A stretch of DNA of 64,000 bases from assembly GCA_039809385.1 (NCBI GenBank), contig JBDHUY010000004.1:32001-96000 (forward strand), read 5' to 3'. Numbering within the stretch: position 1 is the first letter of the stretch; the number at the start of each line of letters is the position of its first letter. The position numbers and the translations under genes are program-made. Below the pieces are notes generated by a model. The model was not told the origin of the DNA, ran no database searches, and saw nothing but the letters and a program-made list of their open reading frames with translations. This stretch comes from Candidatus Altimarinota bacterium (GTDB lineage: Bacteria > Patescibacteriota > Gracilibacteria > JBDHUY01). Positions 17,886-26,777 of the stretch are shown here, one piece after another.

Positions 17886-19970
17886 ATGAAGCCCGTTCCT
17901 CCTCGCATGACAGTATTGGGGCGTATTACCATAGATACTCCCCCGGATCTCCAAAAAGCGACTCAGGCAGTGCCATCCGCCAGCGAGGTTGTTTGGAAGT
18001 TGCCCGAGGGCAGATCTGCCGAGTTTTTAACTTCCGACAATCATGCTTTTTATATCGGAAAAATGTTTGCCACAACACTACTCGAGACACTGGCAAAGAT
18101 AATCCCTTTTATCAACTTTACCGCCGACGAGCGATTTTACACTCCCGAATTTCTCAAAAGCGCGCTCGAATACATGTTTGGCAAAGTTCGTCCTACCTCT
18201 CGCGAAAAGCCGTGTATTGTCATCATTCCGGATCTGAGCGCTCTGATTAACGGTGTTCCTCCGAATGGGGATAAAGTGCTGAGTGCGGCAGAACAAAAAG
18301 AACTTATCCGCAAACTTGCTCTCCAGCTCGGATATGCTGCGGAAGATGTCACGGTGCTCGATGCGGCCGAGATACCGTTTCATCAGAGACTCTTTACGAC
18401 TCTCTGGGAGCATCATGCGCAGAATGCGGATACATTTTTGGATAATTCTTTGGGAAACGAAGCCGACAGAATACAACTCTCTCCAGATTCCGACAGTCTG
18501 GCTATCGCTTCCTACTTATACCGAAAAGTCGCGCAGGATCCGGTCTTTGAAAAAGATTTCAATTCTACCATTCCCCGCAACAAAGAGCAGTATGAAGGGG
18601 AATTCCAACGACTGCGCAACTACGGCTTACTCGAAATAGCTATCCGGCTGACCGATATCCTGCATGGCCGTCATATCCACGGCGGCGCCAAGCGCCAGCA
18701 AGTCTACGATAAAATCATTTGCCGTATTCTCGGACAGGTGCGCGAGGAAAAAAATAAACAGAAACAATCGCTGGAGAAGAAAGAAATAGACTACTATATC
18801 CAAAACATGCCCGAGCTCACCCGCTTGTTTTCAGAAAGACAAATCTCGGCCTTTTACCTGGATACGAATGAAAATGTTTTTTTTCGAAAGATGGAGCGTT
18901 TTTATGCGCGTGTTAGGCTCGCAGTCGCTCTTGCTCTCAGCGTAACCATAGCGGGAAGTCTGGTCGAAACCGGTAGACAGTCTGGACTCGCTGAAGAACG
19001 TAAACAAAAGGAAATGGTGACTCGCGAGATAGATAAAGAATTGAAGAACTACTCTTTTATGGGATATGGCAACTGGACGAGGGGAGTGAAAGAGGCTCGC
19101 GATACATTTGATCAAGTAATTGAAGACGTACGTGATGTTTTGCGCTACCGATATGATATACCGGATGACAAGCTTGATCAGATCAAACCGACGCTTCAGC
19201 AGTTTGCACTGCGCCATAAAGATGATTTACTCAGAGAATATAAATACAATCATGATAATCCCATACACTTGGCTGATCTCTTCGTTATTGAAAATAAAGT
19301 TTTATGTGCCGATCTGGGAATAGCACAAAAGATGCCTTATGCCTATATTGTAGCAAAAATAGAAGACCCAAGTATTCAAAAAGTCGATGATCCCGACCTC
19401 CTCTTCTTTCGCAATCCTACGTATACATATGATATCTTCGAAAAGAAAGATGGAACAAACACTCAAGTAGGTTCTGTCAGTTCTCTCTCATTCTCTTCGA
19501 TTGGAAAATTTGATCGTAAGAGTCTTTATCCGGAGTTATTTACCGTCGAATATAAGGGCAAGAAATACTTGGTTGGTCCACTTGATGACGGCAAAAAAGA
19601 ACCTTTCAGACCCGTCTATACAACCTGGGCTGGAAAATATGGGTATACCTGTTTGAAAGACAGTATTCGAGTGAGGAGTCTGATGGAAACATTTCCGTTG
19701 GATCAGTATTTTAGAACACATTCCTCGGCCTCTACCTTGGATATTAAAGTGCCGGCGTCCGAAGTTCGGGAAATTTTACCTTTGAAAGATCCTTTTCAAG
19801 AATACAATCTAGAGGTTGGGGTATATACATTTTATCCTCAAAATGGCGGCAAGAAAGAGACAGTACTTGTTGCTCGTGCTCCGGGTGAAGATGCTTTTTC
19901 AACCACTAGAGCCGAACAAGCAAAAGAGATCTATCGTAAAGTAAAACGGGAGGCAGATTTCGGAATGTGA
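17886..19970 (+). CDS. Hypothetical single-pass membrane protein; N-terminal domain has cyclodipeptide-synthase-like motifs
   Basis: NFTADERFY, IIPD, QDPVF, NYGLLEIA; TM segment LAVALALSVTIAGSLV; family assignment is by eye. Confidence 0.6.
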   Translation: MKPVPPRMTVLGRITIDTPPDLQKATQAVPSASEVVWKLPEGRSAEFLTSDNHAFYIGKMFATTLLETLAKIIPFINFTADERFYTPEFLKSALEYMFGKVRPTSREKPCIVIIPDLSALINGVPPNGDKVLSAAEQKELIRKLALQLGYAAEDVTVLDAAEIPFHQRLFTTLWEHHAQNADTFLDNSLGNEADRIQLSPDSDSLAIASYLYRKVAQDPVFEKDFNSTIPRNKEQYEGEFQRLRNYGLLEIAIRLTDILHGRHIHGGAKRQQVYDKIICRILGQVREEKNKQKQSLEKKEIDYYIQNMPELTRLFSERQISAFYLDTNENVFFRKMERFYARVRLAVALALSVTIAGSLVETGRQSGLAEERKQKEMVTREIDKELKNYSFMGYGNWTRGVKEARDTFDQVIEDVRDVLRYRYDIPDDKLDQIKPTLQQFALRHKDDLLREYKYNHDNPIHLADLFVIENKVLCADLGIAQKMPYAYIVAKIEDPSIQKVDDPDLLFFRNPTYTYDIFEKKDGTNTQVGSVSSLSFSSIGKFDRKSLYPELFTVEYKGKKYLVGPLDDGKKEPFRPVYTTWAGKYGYTCLKDSIRVRSLMETFPLDQYFRTHSSASTLDIKVPASEVREILPLKDPFQEYNLEVGVYTFYPQNGGKKETVLVARAPGEDAFSTTRAEQAKEIYRKVKREADFGM

Positions 19971-20012
19971 ATTTTTGATATACCTCCACCTCGCATAAGG
20001 GAGACGGATGGT

Positions 20013-20744
20013 TTATTTTCTATGCAGTAACCATTCCCGCTCAAAAATCATCTGTTCCATTTTGACGAGTTCCGGGTTGTGAATCCGTATGCCGGATATA
20101 CTGTCCGACGGGTCAAAAAAAGTAATGTTATTTCCGTAAAGAAAGCAGCTGGTGATAAAATTCTGACCTGAGGCAATCAAAACGGTTTGACGCAGATTCT
20201 GTTTATCTTCCTTTTGAAAGCTCTGTGCCAAGGGAGAATTCATCATAATCAATCGGGCGTATGTTTTTTGCTGTACCCGCTCTCTCGTCCAGTTTGTTTC
20301 TCGTACCGGATCCAGACCTGTATAAAACGTATCCAGATTCATCCACGCACAGATCTCTTTGGTTTTGGCGCGCAGGATATCCTCGTACATTTCGCGGAAA
20401 CCCTCTAAGCCGCGGTAATAGTGAACCTGGATTCCCTGCGAATATTTTTGCTGCTCTTTCAGCTGCCGTACCAGCTGTTCGGAGACGTGCAGGCGCTCTT
20501 TTTCATATAAGTACAGCTTGTTGATATCGTCGATCGCGAAATAGGTGTAGGTATTCTGCCGAAAGGACACGATCAGATTTTTTTCCAGCAGCACATTCAG
20601 AATATCGTACACCGAGGTCCGTTTGATCTGGGTGAGCCTGGCCAGCGTCGAAGCCGGCGAGGGGCCCATTGTATGCAGCGCCAGGTAGATGTCGGTCTCT
20701 TTTGGCGAGAAGCCGAGCCGTGAAAAGTATTCGGGTGACAACAT
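20013..20744 (-). CDS. TrmB-family transcriptional regulator
   Basis: LGFSPKETDIYLAL..GPSPASTLA..T.IKRTSVYDIL..L; YRGLEG. Confidence 0.92.
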   Translation of the reverse strand: MLSPEYFSRLGFSPKETDIYLALHTMGPSPASTLARLTQIKRTSVYDILNVLLEKNLIVSFRQNTYTYFAIDDINKLYLYEKERLHVSEQLVRQLKEQQKYSQGIQVHYYRGLEGFREMYEDILRAKTKEICAWMNLDTFYTGLDPVRETNWTRERVQQKTYARLIMMNSPLAQSFQKEDKQNLRQTVLIASGQNFITSCFLYGNNITFFDPSDSISGIRIHNPELVKMEQMIFEREWLLHRK

Positions 20745-20770
20745 AGCATTGTTGGAAATGTGAGTATACT

Positions 20771-20788
20771 TGTCGAAAAATATCGACA
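20771..20788. promoter_or_regulatory. Putative operator palindrome between trmB and the Cys-rich array
   Basis: TGTCGA-N6-TCGACA; another TGTCGAC at 20848. Confidence 0.5.
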
Positions 20789-20909
20789 CACAAAATATAC
20801 ATGATACTTAGCCAAGAAGCAATGATACGCCTATGATGAATTTGATCTGTCGACGATAATCCGGTATAAGTTGCACCTTCACTCCTTTATACCTTTTACT
20901 TTCATCCCT

Positions 20910-22595
20910 ATGTCTCTTGTCAACACCTGTTCCGCCTGCGCGAACCCCTTTACCGTTTCGGATGCCGACCTGGCTTTTTACCAGAGAGTATCTCCGCGGA
21001 TTGGAAATAAAATCTTCTCGGTTCCGCCTCCTACGCTATGTCCGGACTGCCGCAAACAGAACCGCGTGCTGTTTCGCAACGAGCGGTCGCTGTATAACCG
21101 CAAATGTTCGGTTTGCCGCAAGGATATGATCTCGATGTACTCGCCGGATAAAGAGCTCAATGTGTATTGTTTGCAGTGTTATTTCGACACCGACAGGTGG
21201 GACCCGCTCGCTTCGGGGGTGGATATGGATTTTTCACAACCCTTTAGCGTTTCGTTGCAGAACGTATTTCGCAAAGTTCCCCTGGCAGCGCTCTTTATCA
21301 GCGGCCACAACGAGAACAGCGACTATACCAACTGCGCCGGATATAACAAAAATACCTATCTGTCCTTCAATTCGGGATACAACGAGGATTGTTCGTATTC
21401 ACGCGGCCTGGGGTACAGCAAAAATTGCATGGACATCTATTGCGGCAATCACAACGAATATTGCTACGAATGTGTCAACTGTACCGGCAGCTATGCGCTT
21501 TTTTTCTCGCAAAACTGCAACCAGTGCTCCGAATCTGCTTTTTTATACAACTGCTCGGCGTGTTCCAATTGCTTCGGGTGTACGAACCTGTACCGCAAGC
21601 AGTACTACATTTTCAACCAACCTTATACCAAAAAGGAGTATCAGGAAATCATGGGCAAGCTTGGTTCCTATGCCTCGCTCCAGGCCGCGCGGGAAAAGTT
21701 TACCGAGCTGGTCCGGTCCTCGCTGCATCGGTCTACCCAAAATGTAAATGTCGAGGGTTCGACTGGCGATTATCTCACCAATACGAAGAATTGCCTTGAT
21801 TGCTTTGAAGTGAACGAATCCGAAGATTGTCGCTTTTTGGATTCGAGCAAAAAGGCCAAGGACGGCTATGACATGTTTGGCCACGGATACTTTTCCGAGC
21901 TCTTTTACCAGACGGTCGGGACCGGCCACGGCAATTCGGTGATCGGGGGACTGAATGTCGACAAGTGCTCCAATACCTACTACTCGATTGACTGCAGTTC
22001 GTCGCAAAATCTATTCGGCTGCGTGGGGGTGCGCAACAAGCAGTATTGCATTCTGAACAAACAGTATACGAAGCAAGAATACGAAACTCTGGTTGCCCGC
22101 ATCATCGAACATATGACCGCAGGCGGCGAGTGGGGGAACTTTTTCCAATCCCACTTTTCGCCGTTCGGGTATAACGAAACGCTGGCACAGGAATATTATC
22201 CGTTAACCAGAGAGGTCGTGACCGAGAAGGGGTTTGCCTGGTCGGACTACCAACCTCCAAAACCCGATGTGACGAAGGTTATTCCGGCTGCCAAGCTGCC
22301 CGACGATATACGACAGATCCCGGATGAGATCCTGCAGTGGGCCATCGAGTGCGAAATTACGCATAAACCGTTCCGAATTACCAAGTCCGAACTGGCTTTC
22401 TATCGCCAGCATAATCTGCCCGTTCCGCGGCGTCACCCCGACCAGCGGCATAAAGACCGGGTTGCATTGAAGAATCCTTCCAAATTATGGCAAAAACAAT
22501 GCCCGCAGTGCCAAAAAGAGATGTCTACCACCTATGCGCCGGATCGTCCGGAAAAGGTATATTGCGAAGACTGTTATGTGAAAGAGGTGTACTGA
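20910..22595 (+). CDS. Cys-rich repeat/zinc-ribbon protein, copy 1 (subtype A)
   Basis: PTLCPDCR, C..CFGC..L, K.YCILNKQY, RRHPDQRH, VYCEDCY. Confidence 0.9.
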   Translation: MSLVNTCSACANPFTVSDADLAFYQRVSPRIGNKIFSVPPPTLCPDCRKQNRVLFRNERSLYNRKCSVCRKDMISMYSPDKELNVYCLQCYFDTDRWDPLASGVDMDFSQPFSVSLQNVFRKVPLAALFISGHNENSDYTNCAGYNKNTYLSFNSGYNEDCSYSRGLGYSKNCMDIYCGNHNEYCYECVNCTGSYALFFSQNCNQCSESAFLYNCSACSNCFGCTNLYRKQYYIFNQPYTKKEYQEIMGKLGSYASLQAAREKFTELVRSSLHRSTQNVNVEGSTGDYLTNTKNCLDCFEVNESEDCRFLDSSKKAKDGYDMFGHGYFSELFYQTVGTGHGNSVIGGLNVDKCSNTYYSIDCSSSQNLFGCVGVRNKQYCILNKQYTKQEYETLVARIIEHMTAGGEWGNFFQSHFSPFGYNETLAQEYYPLTREVVTEKGFAWSDYQPPKPDVTKVIPAAKLPDDIRQIPDEILQWAIECEITHKPFRITKSELAFYRQHNLPVPRRHPDQRHKDRVALKNPSKLWQKQCPQCQKEMSTTYAPDRPEKVYCEDCYVKEVY

Positions 22596-22610
22596 CCTAT
22601 TTATCTTTTC

Positions 22611-22640
22611 CGTAGAGATGCAATGCATTGCGTCTCTACG
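22611..22640. repeat. GTAG-type REP hairpin
   Basis: cgtagagatgcaatgcattgcgtctctacg. Confidence 0.85.
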
Positions 22641-22658
22641 CGGAACATTCATTTTTTT

Positions 22659-24308
22659 ATGAACAAAATCTGTCGTCTCACCGGAAAACCATTCACAATT
22701 TCGCCCGCAGAACAGGCCTACTGCGAACAAAACAATATTCCCCTGCCAACTCTTCACCCGATCGAGCGCCTGCGCCAGATGATGGTTTTCAGAAATCGCA
22801 TTTCTTTGTACAACGCTACCTGCGGGTTTTCGGGAGAATCCATATTGAGCAGTATCGATCCCAGAAAAGGTTTTATGGTCTATGATGTAGACATCTGGGA
22901 ATCGGAAAAATGGGACCCCCTGGAGTACGGTCGCGAATACGATTTCGGTCGTCCCTTTTTCGATCAGTTTGCCGAGCTTATGCATGCTGCTCCGTGGCCC
23001 AATCTGTTTGTGATTCGCTCGACCATGGAAAACAGCGACTATACCAATGGAATCACTACCGCGAAGAACTGCTACCTTCTTTTCGGATCGATCGAAAACG
23101 AAGCTTGCATGTTCAGTCATTCTTTATGGCGCTGCCGGGATGTAGTCGACTGTGTCTATACCAAAGACAGCGAGCTGTGCTATGATTCGCGAAACGTCCA
23201 CGGCTGTTATAACCTGCGTTTTTCCGAGAACTGCCAGAATTGCTCCGATTCGTATTTTCTGTATAACTGCCAGAGTTGCAAGAACTGTTACGGTTGTATG
23301 AATCTCAGTAATAAAGAATTCTGCATCGGCAACAAGCAGTATACCAAGGAAGAATATTTAAAGCGGATCGCTTCGTTCGAATTGGGTAGCTCTGGGAATC
23401 TGAAAAAGCTCAAAGCCGATTTCGCGAAATATAAAGAAAATTTTCCGATCAAGTATCTGTTTGGCAAAAATAACGAGAACAGCAGCGGCAACTTTTTGAA
23501 CAATACGAAAAATGTACGAAACAGTTTTTTTGTATCAAATGGTGAAGATCTGGAATATTGCCTGTATCTCGATAAAGCCAAAAGCTCGTTTTTTCATTCG
23601 ATGTACGGCAGCAACTCCGAACTGGTTTACAATTGCCAAAGCTGTGGCGATAACGCCTATAACCTCAAATTCTGCGTGGACTGCTGGCCCAACGCCAGTA
23701 CCCTGGAATACTGCATGTTCGTCGGACAAGGATCCGCGGATTGTTTCGGGTCTTTTGGTCTGAAAAAGAAGCAGTATTGCATTTTAAACAAACAGTATGA
23801 CAAGCAAACCTATGTTAACTTGTTGGCCAAGATCAAAGAACAAATGCGGAAAAATGGCGAGTACGGACAATTTTTTCCGGCTGCATTGTCGCCGTTTTAT
23901 TACAACCAGTCGGATGCCGATTATTTTTTCCCGCTGGCCAAAGAGGACGCTTTGCAAAATGGTTTGAGCTGGAATGACGAGCAGATCGAGCCCTTTGAAA
24001 GCACCTATTCAATCCCCGATCATATCAAAGACGTTGGCGACGATATTCTCGATCAAACGCTGAAATGCGAACAGACGGGCAAAAAGTACAAGATCATCAA
24101 ACAGGAACTCGAGCTCTACCGGCGCATGCAGCTGCCGATCCCGCGCGTGGCCCCGCTGGAACGCATCAAAGACCGCCTGGGCATTTTCGCTATTCGCGAA
24201 CCTCGTGCTGGAACGTGCGGGAAATGCGCAAAAAATATTGAGACGGTGTATGACACGGACGACCAAAAAGTGTATTGCGAAGAATGTTATCTGAAAGAGG
24301 TTTATTAA
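22659..24308 (+). CDS. Cys-rich repeat protein, copy 2 (subtype B)
   Basis: Paralogue of copy 1: WDPLEYG, ENSDY, CYGC, YCILNKQY, VYCEECY. Confidence 0.9.
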   Translation: MNKICRLTGKPFTISPAEQAYCEQNNIPLPTLHPIERLRQMMVFRNRISLYNATCGFSGESILSSIDPRKGFMVYDVDIWESEKWDPLEYGREYDFGRPFFDQFAELMHAAPWPNLFVIRSTMENSDYTNGITTAKNCYLLFGSIENEACMFSHSLWRCRDVVDCVYTKDSELCYDSRNVHGCYNLRFSENCQNCSDSYFLYNCQSCKNCYGCMNLSNKEFCIGNKQYTKEEYLKRIASFELGSSGNLKKLKADFAKYKENFPIKYLFGKNNENSSGNFLNNTKNVRNSFFVSNGEDLEYCLYLDKAKSSFFHSMYGSNSELVYNCQSCGDNAYNLKFCVDCWPNASTLEYCMFVGQGSADCFGSFGLKKKQYCILNKQYDKQTYVNLLAKIKEQMRKNGEYGQFFPAALSPFYYNQSDADYFFPLAKEDALQNGLSWNDEQIEPFESTYSIPDHIKDVGDDILDQTLKCEQTGKKYKIIKQELELYRRMQLPIPRVAPLERIKDRLGIFAIREPRAGTCGKCAKNIETVYDTDDQKVYCEECYLKEVY

Positions 24309-24323
24309 CCTATTTATATTTCC

Positions 24324-24365
24324 CGTAGAGACGCAATGTAGAGACGCATTGCCATGCGTCTCTAC
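24324..24365. repeat. GTAG-type REP hairpin with duplicated left arm
   Basis: cgtagagacgcaat-gtagagacgcattgccatgcgtctctac. Confidence 0.85.
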
Positions 24366-24394
24366 AATAGATCATATATATTTTTCTTTTATCT

Positions 24395-26035
24395 ATGCAA
24401 TCCATCTGCTCCCGCACCGGCCAGCCGTTTGAGATTTCTCCTGCCGAAGTCGAATTTTGTCGCAAAAACGAGATTCCTTTTCCCACGCTGGCTCCATCTG
24501 AGCGCTTGCGCGATCTGGTTTACTTTCGCAATCGCATTTTTCTCTACAATACCACCTGCGCTTTTACCAATAAATCGATTCTAAGCGGCATACCGCCTGA
24601 AAGCGGTCACGTTATCTACGATATCGAAGCCTGGGAATCGGACGCCTGGGATCCTCTTTCGTACGGCAGACCCTATGATTTCAACCGGCCGTTTTTCGAC
24701 CAGTTTGCCGAGATATTTAAAGCTATTCCGCTGCCGAATCTGAGTACGATTCGTTCGACCATGGAAAACAGCGACTATGTTAACGGCGCTTTATGGCTGA
24801 AAAACTGTTACCTGGTATTTGCTTCGGTTCGCTCGCAAGACAGTTTGTTTTCCCGCAGCGTTATCGACTGCAGTTCGGTAGTGGATTGCGTGATGGCCCA
24901 TAATTGCGAGCTGTGCTACAGCAGCCGGGACATCGATCATTGTTATAATCTCAAATATGCCGAATCCTGTATCGGTTGTTCCGATTCGGCTTTTTTATTT
25001 AACTGTCAGAGTTGTAAGAACTGTTTCGGCTGCGTCAATTTACAGAACAAAGAATACTGTTTTTTTAACCAGCAGCTCACCAAAGAAGAATATCAAAAAC
25101 GAATCGCCTCGCTCGATACCGGCAGTTGGTCAAATGTACTAAAAATACAGGAAAAGTTCGACCTGTTTAAACAAGAGTTTCCTATCAAATACTACCGGGG
25201 CAAAAATAACGAAGAGAGTTCGGGCAACTACATCATACATTCCAAGAACTGCCAAAACTCCTATTTCATTACCAAGTCTCAGGATATCGATCATGGTGTC
25301 TTTCTGACCAACTGCAAAGACAGTCTCTTTTTTATTACCGGTGTCGACAGCGAGCTGTGCTATAATACCTGTTCGGGAGATAACTATAACGTGAAGTTCT
25401 GTGCCGAATGCTATGGAAAGGTGACCAACCTTGAATATTGTTTGTGGTGTACCAGCGCGACCGCCGATTCTTTTGGCTGCATCGGACTAAAAAAGAAAAG
25501 TTATTGTATCTTAAACAAGCAATACACCAAAGAAGAATATTTCGAACTTTTACCGCGAGTCAAAGAGCATATGCGCTCTACTGGCGAATACGGTCAGTTC
25601 TTTCCCCAAAGACTCTCTCCCTTTTTCTACAACCAGTGTGAAGCGATCGACTATTTTCCTTTGTCCCGCGACGAAGCCTTGCAAAAGGGGTATAAATGGC
25701 ATGACGAAAACATCGAACCGATGCAGGACTCGTATGTTATTCCTGATCATATCAAAGAGGTCGACAATACGATTACGTCGCGTCTCCTGGTTTCTAAAAA
25801 GACCGGCAAACAGTACAAGATCATCAAGCAGGAATTGGAATTTTATCGCAAGGTCAATGTTCCCTTACCGCGCATTGCACCGCTGGAGCGAATCAAGCAA
25901 CTGAGCAGTATTCTGCAAGTCAAACCACTAATGTCGCAGACATGTTCTAAATGCCAAAAACCGCTTGAGACGACCTATACGGGAGCTCCCCAGCCGGTTT
26001 TATGCGAGGAATGCTACTTGAAAGAGGTCTATTGA
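24395..26035 (+). CDS. Cys-rich repeat protein, copy 3 (subtype B)
   Basis: Close paralogue of copy 2 (IRSTMENSDY, GK.YKIIKQELE, APLERIK). Confidence 0.9.
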   Translation: MQSICSRTGQPFEISPAEVEFCRKNEIPFPTLAPSERLRDLVYFRNRIFLYNTTCAFTNKSILSGIPPESGHVIYDIEAWESDAWDPLSYGRPYDFNRPFFDQFAEIFKAIPLPNLSTIRSTMENSDYVNGALWLKNCYLVFASVRSQDSLFSRSVIDCSSVVDCVMAHNCELCYSSRDIDHCYNLKYAESCIGCSDSAFLFNCQSCKNCFGCVNLQNKEYCFFNQQLTKEEYQKRIASLDTGSWSNVLKIQEKFDLFKQEFPIKYYRGKNNEESSGNYIIHSKNCQNSYFITKSQDIDHGVFLTNCKDSLFFITGVDSELCYNTCSGDNYNVKFCAECYGKVTNLEYCLWCTSATADSFGCIGLKKKSYCILNKQYTKEEYFELLPRVKEHMRSTGEYGQFFPQRLSPFFYNQCEAIDYFPLSRDEALQKGYKWHDENIEPMQDSYVIPDHIKEVDNTITSRLLVSKKTGKQYKIIKQELEFYRKVNVPLPRIAPLERIKQLSSILQVKPLMSQTCSKCQKPLETTYTGAPQPVLCEECYLKEVY

Positions 26036-26043
26036 TTCCTCTC

Positions 26044-26072
26044 CGTAGAGACGCATTGCAATGCGTCTCTAC
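26044..26072. repeat. GTAG-type REP hairpin
   Basis: cgtagagacgcattgcaatgcgtctctac. Confidence 0.85.
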
Positions 26073-26143
26073 AAAGAAGGCAATGGAGACACGACCTTTT
26101 TAAATATATGTGGTTCTTCTCAATCAATAATGTCATTACATCC

Positions 26144-26654
26144 ATGACCAAGACGTGCCACTGGTGCTCTATTGCATGCGAAATAACTGCTGCCGATTTT
26201 GCCTTTTACGACAAAGTCTTGCCCGTATTCAACGGGAAGAAATACCCGATCCCGCCGCCAAACTTATGTCCCGCATGCCGCGAAAAACGCCGATTGGTAC
26301 TTCGGAATGAGCGAACCCTGTACGGAGACACCTGTGATTTATGCCATAAAGAGATTATTTCGCATTATTAAGCCAGAATTACGTTTTTATCGTCAGCACG
26401 ATATTCCTTTCCCCCACAGGCATCCCGATCAGCGTCACCAAGATCGTATGACCTTGAGAAATCCTAAAAAATTGTGGCAAAGACAGTGCAATTGTGAAAA
26501 CACCAGCCATAAACATGTAGTAGAGACGCTCTGCGGCGGGGTGTCTCCACAAAGCATGGTAGCCAGATGCTCTACAATATTCCAGACAACGTATGCACCT
26601 GACCGACCGGAAAAAGTATATTGCGAAGAATGTTATCTGAAAGAGCTTTATTGA
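26144..26654 (+). pseudogene. Cys-rich protein copy 4 (subtype A), internally deleted and frameshifted
   Basis: N-terminal ~75 aa joined out of frame at ~26360 to the C-terminus FRIIKPEL...HPDQRH...VYCEECY. Confidence 0.88.
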
Positions 26655-26777
26655 ATAAATCTAAGATATTCTCTTGTTGTCCAATGTAACCGGCGCTCTT
26701 TATTTTCAGATGGTTCATAAAATCCCTACTCGCATACGCCCAAAGTATGCTATACTCGCGATACATGCATCGCTTTT

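Noticed and set aside
22596-26100. Integron attC sites
   Set aside because: The hairpins are short GTAG-REP type without RYYYAAC/GTTRRRY ends, and there is no intI
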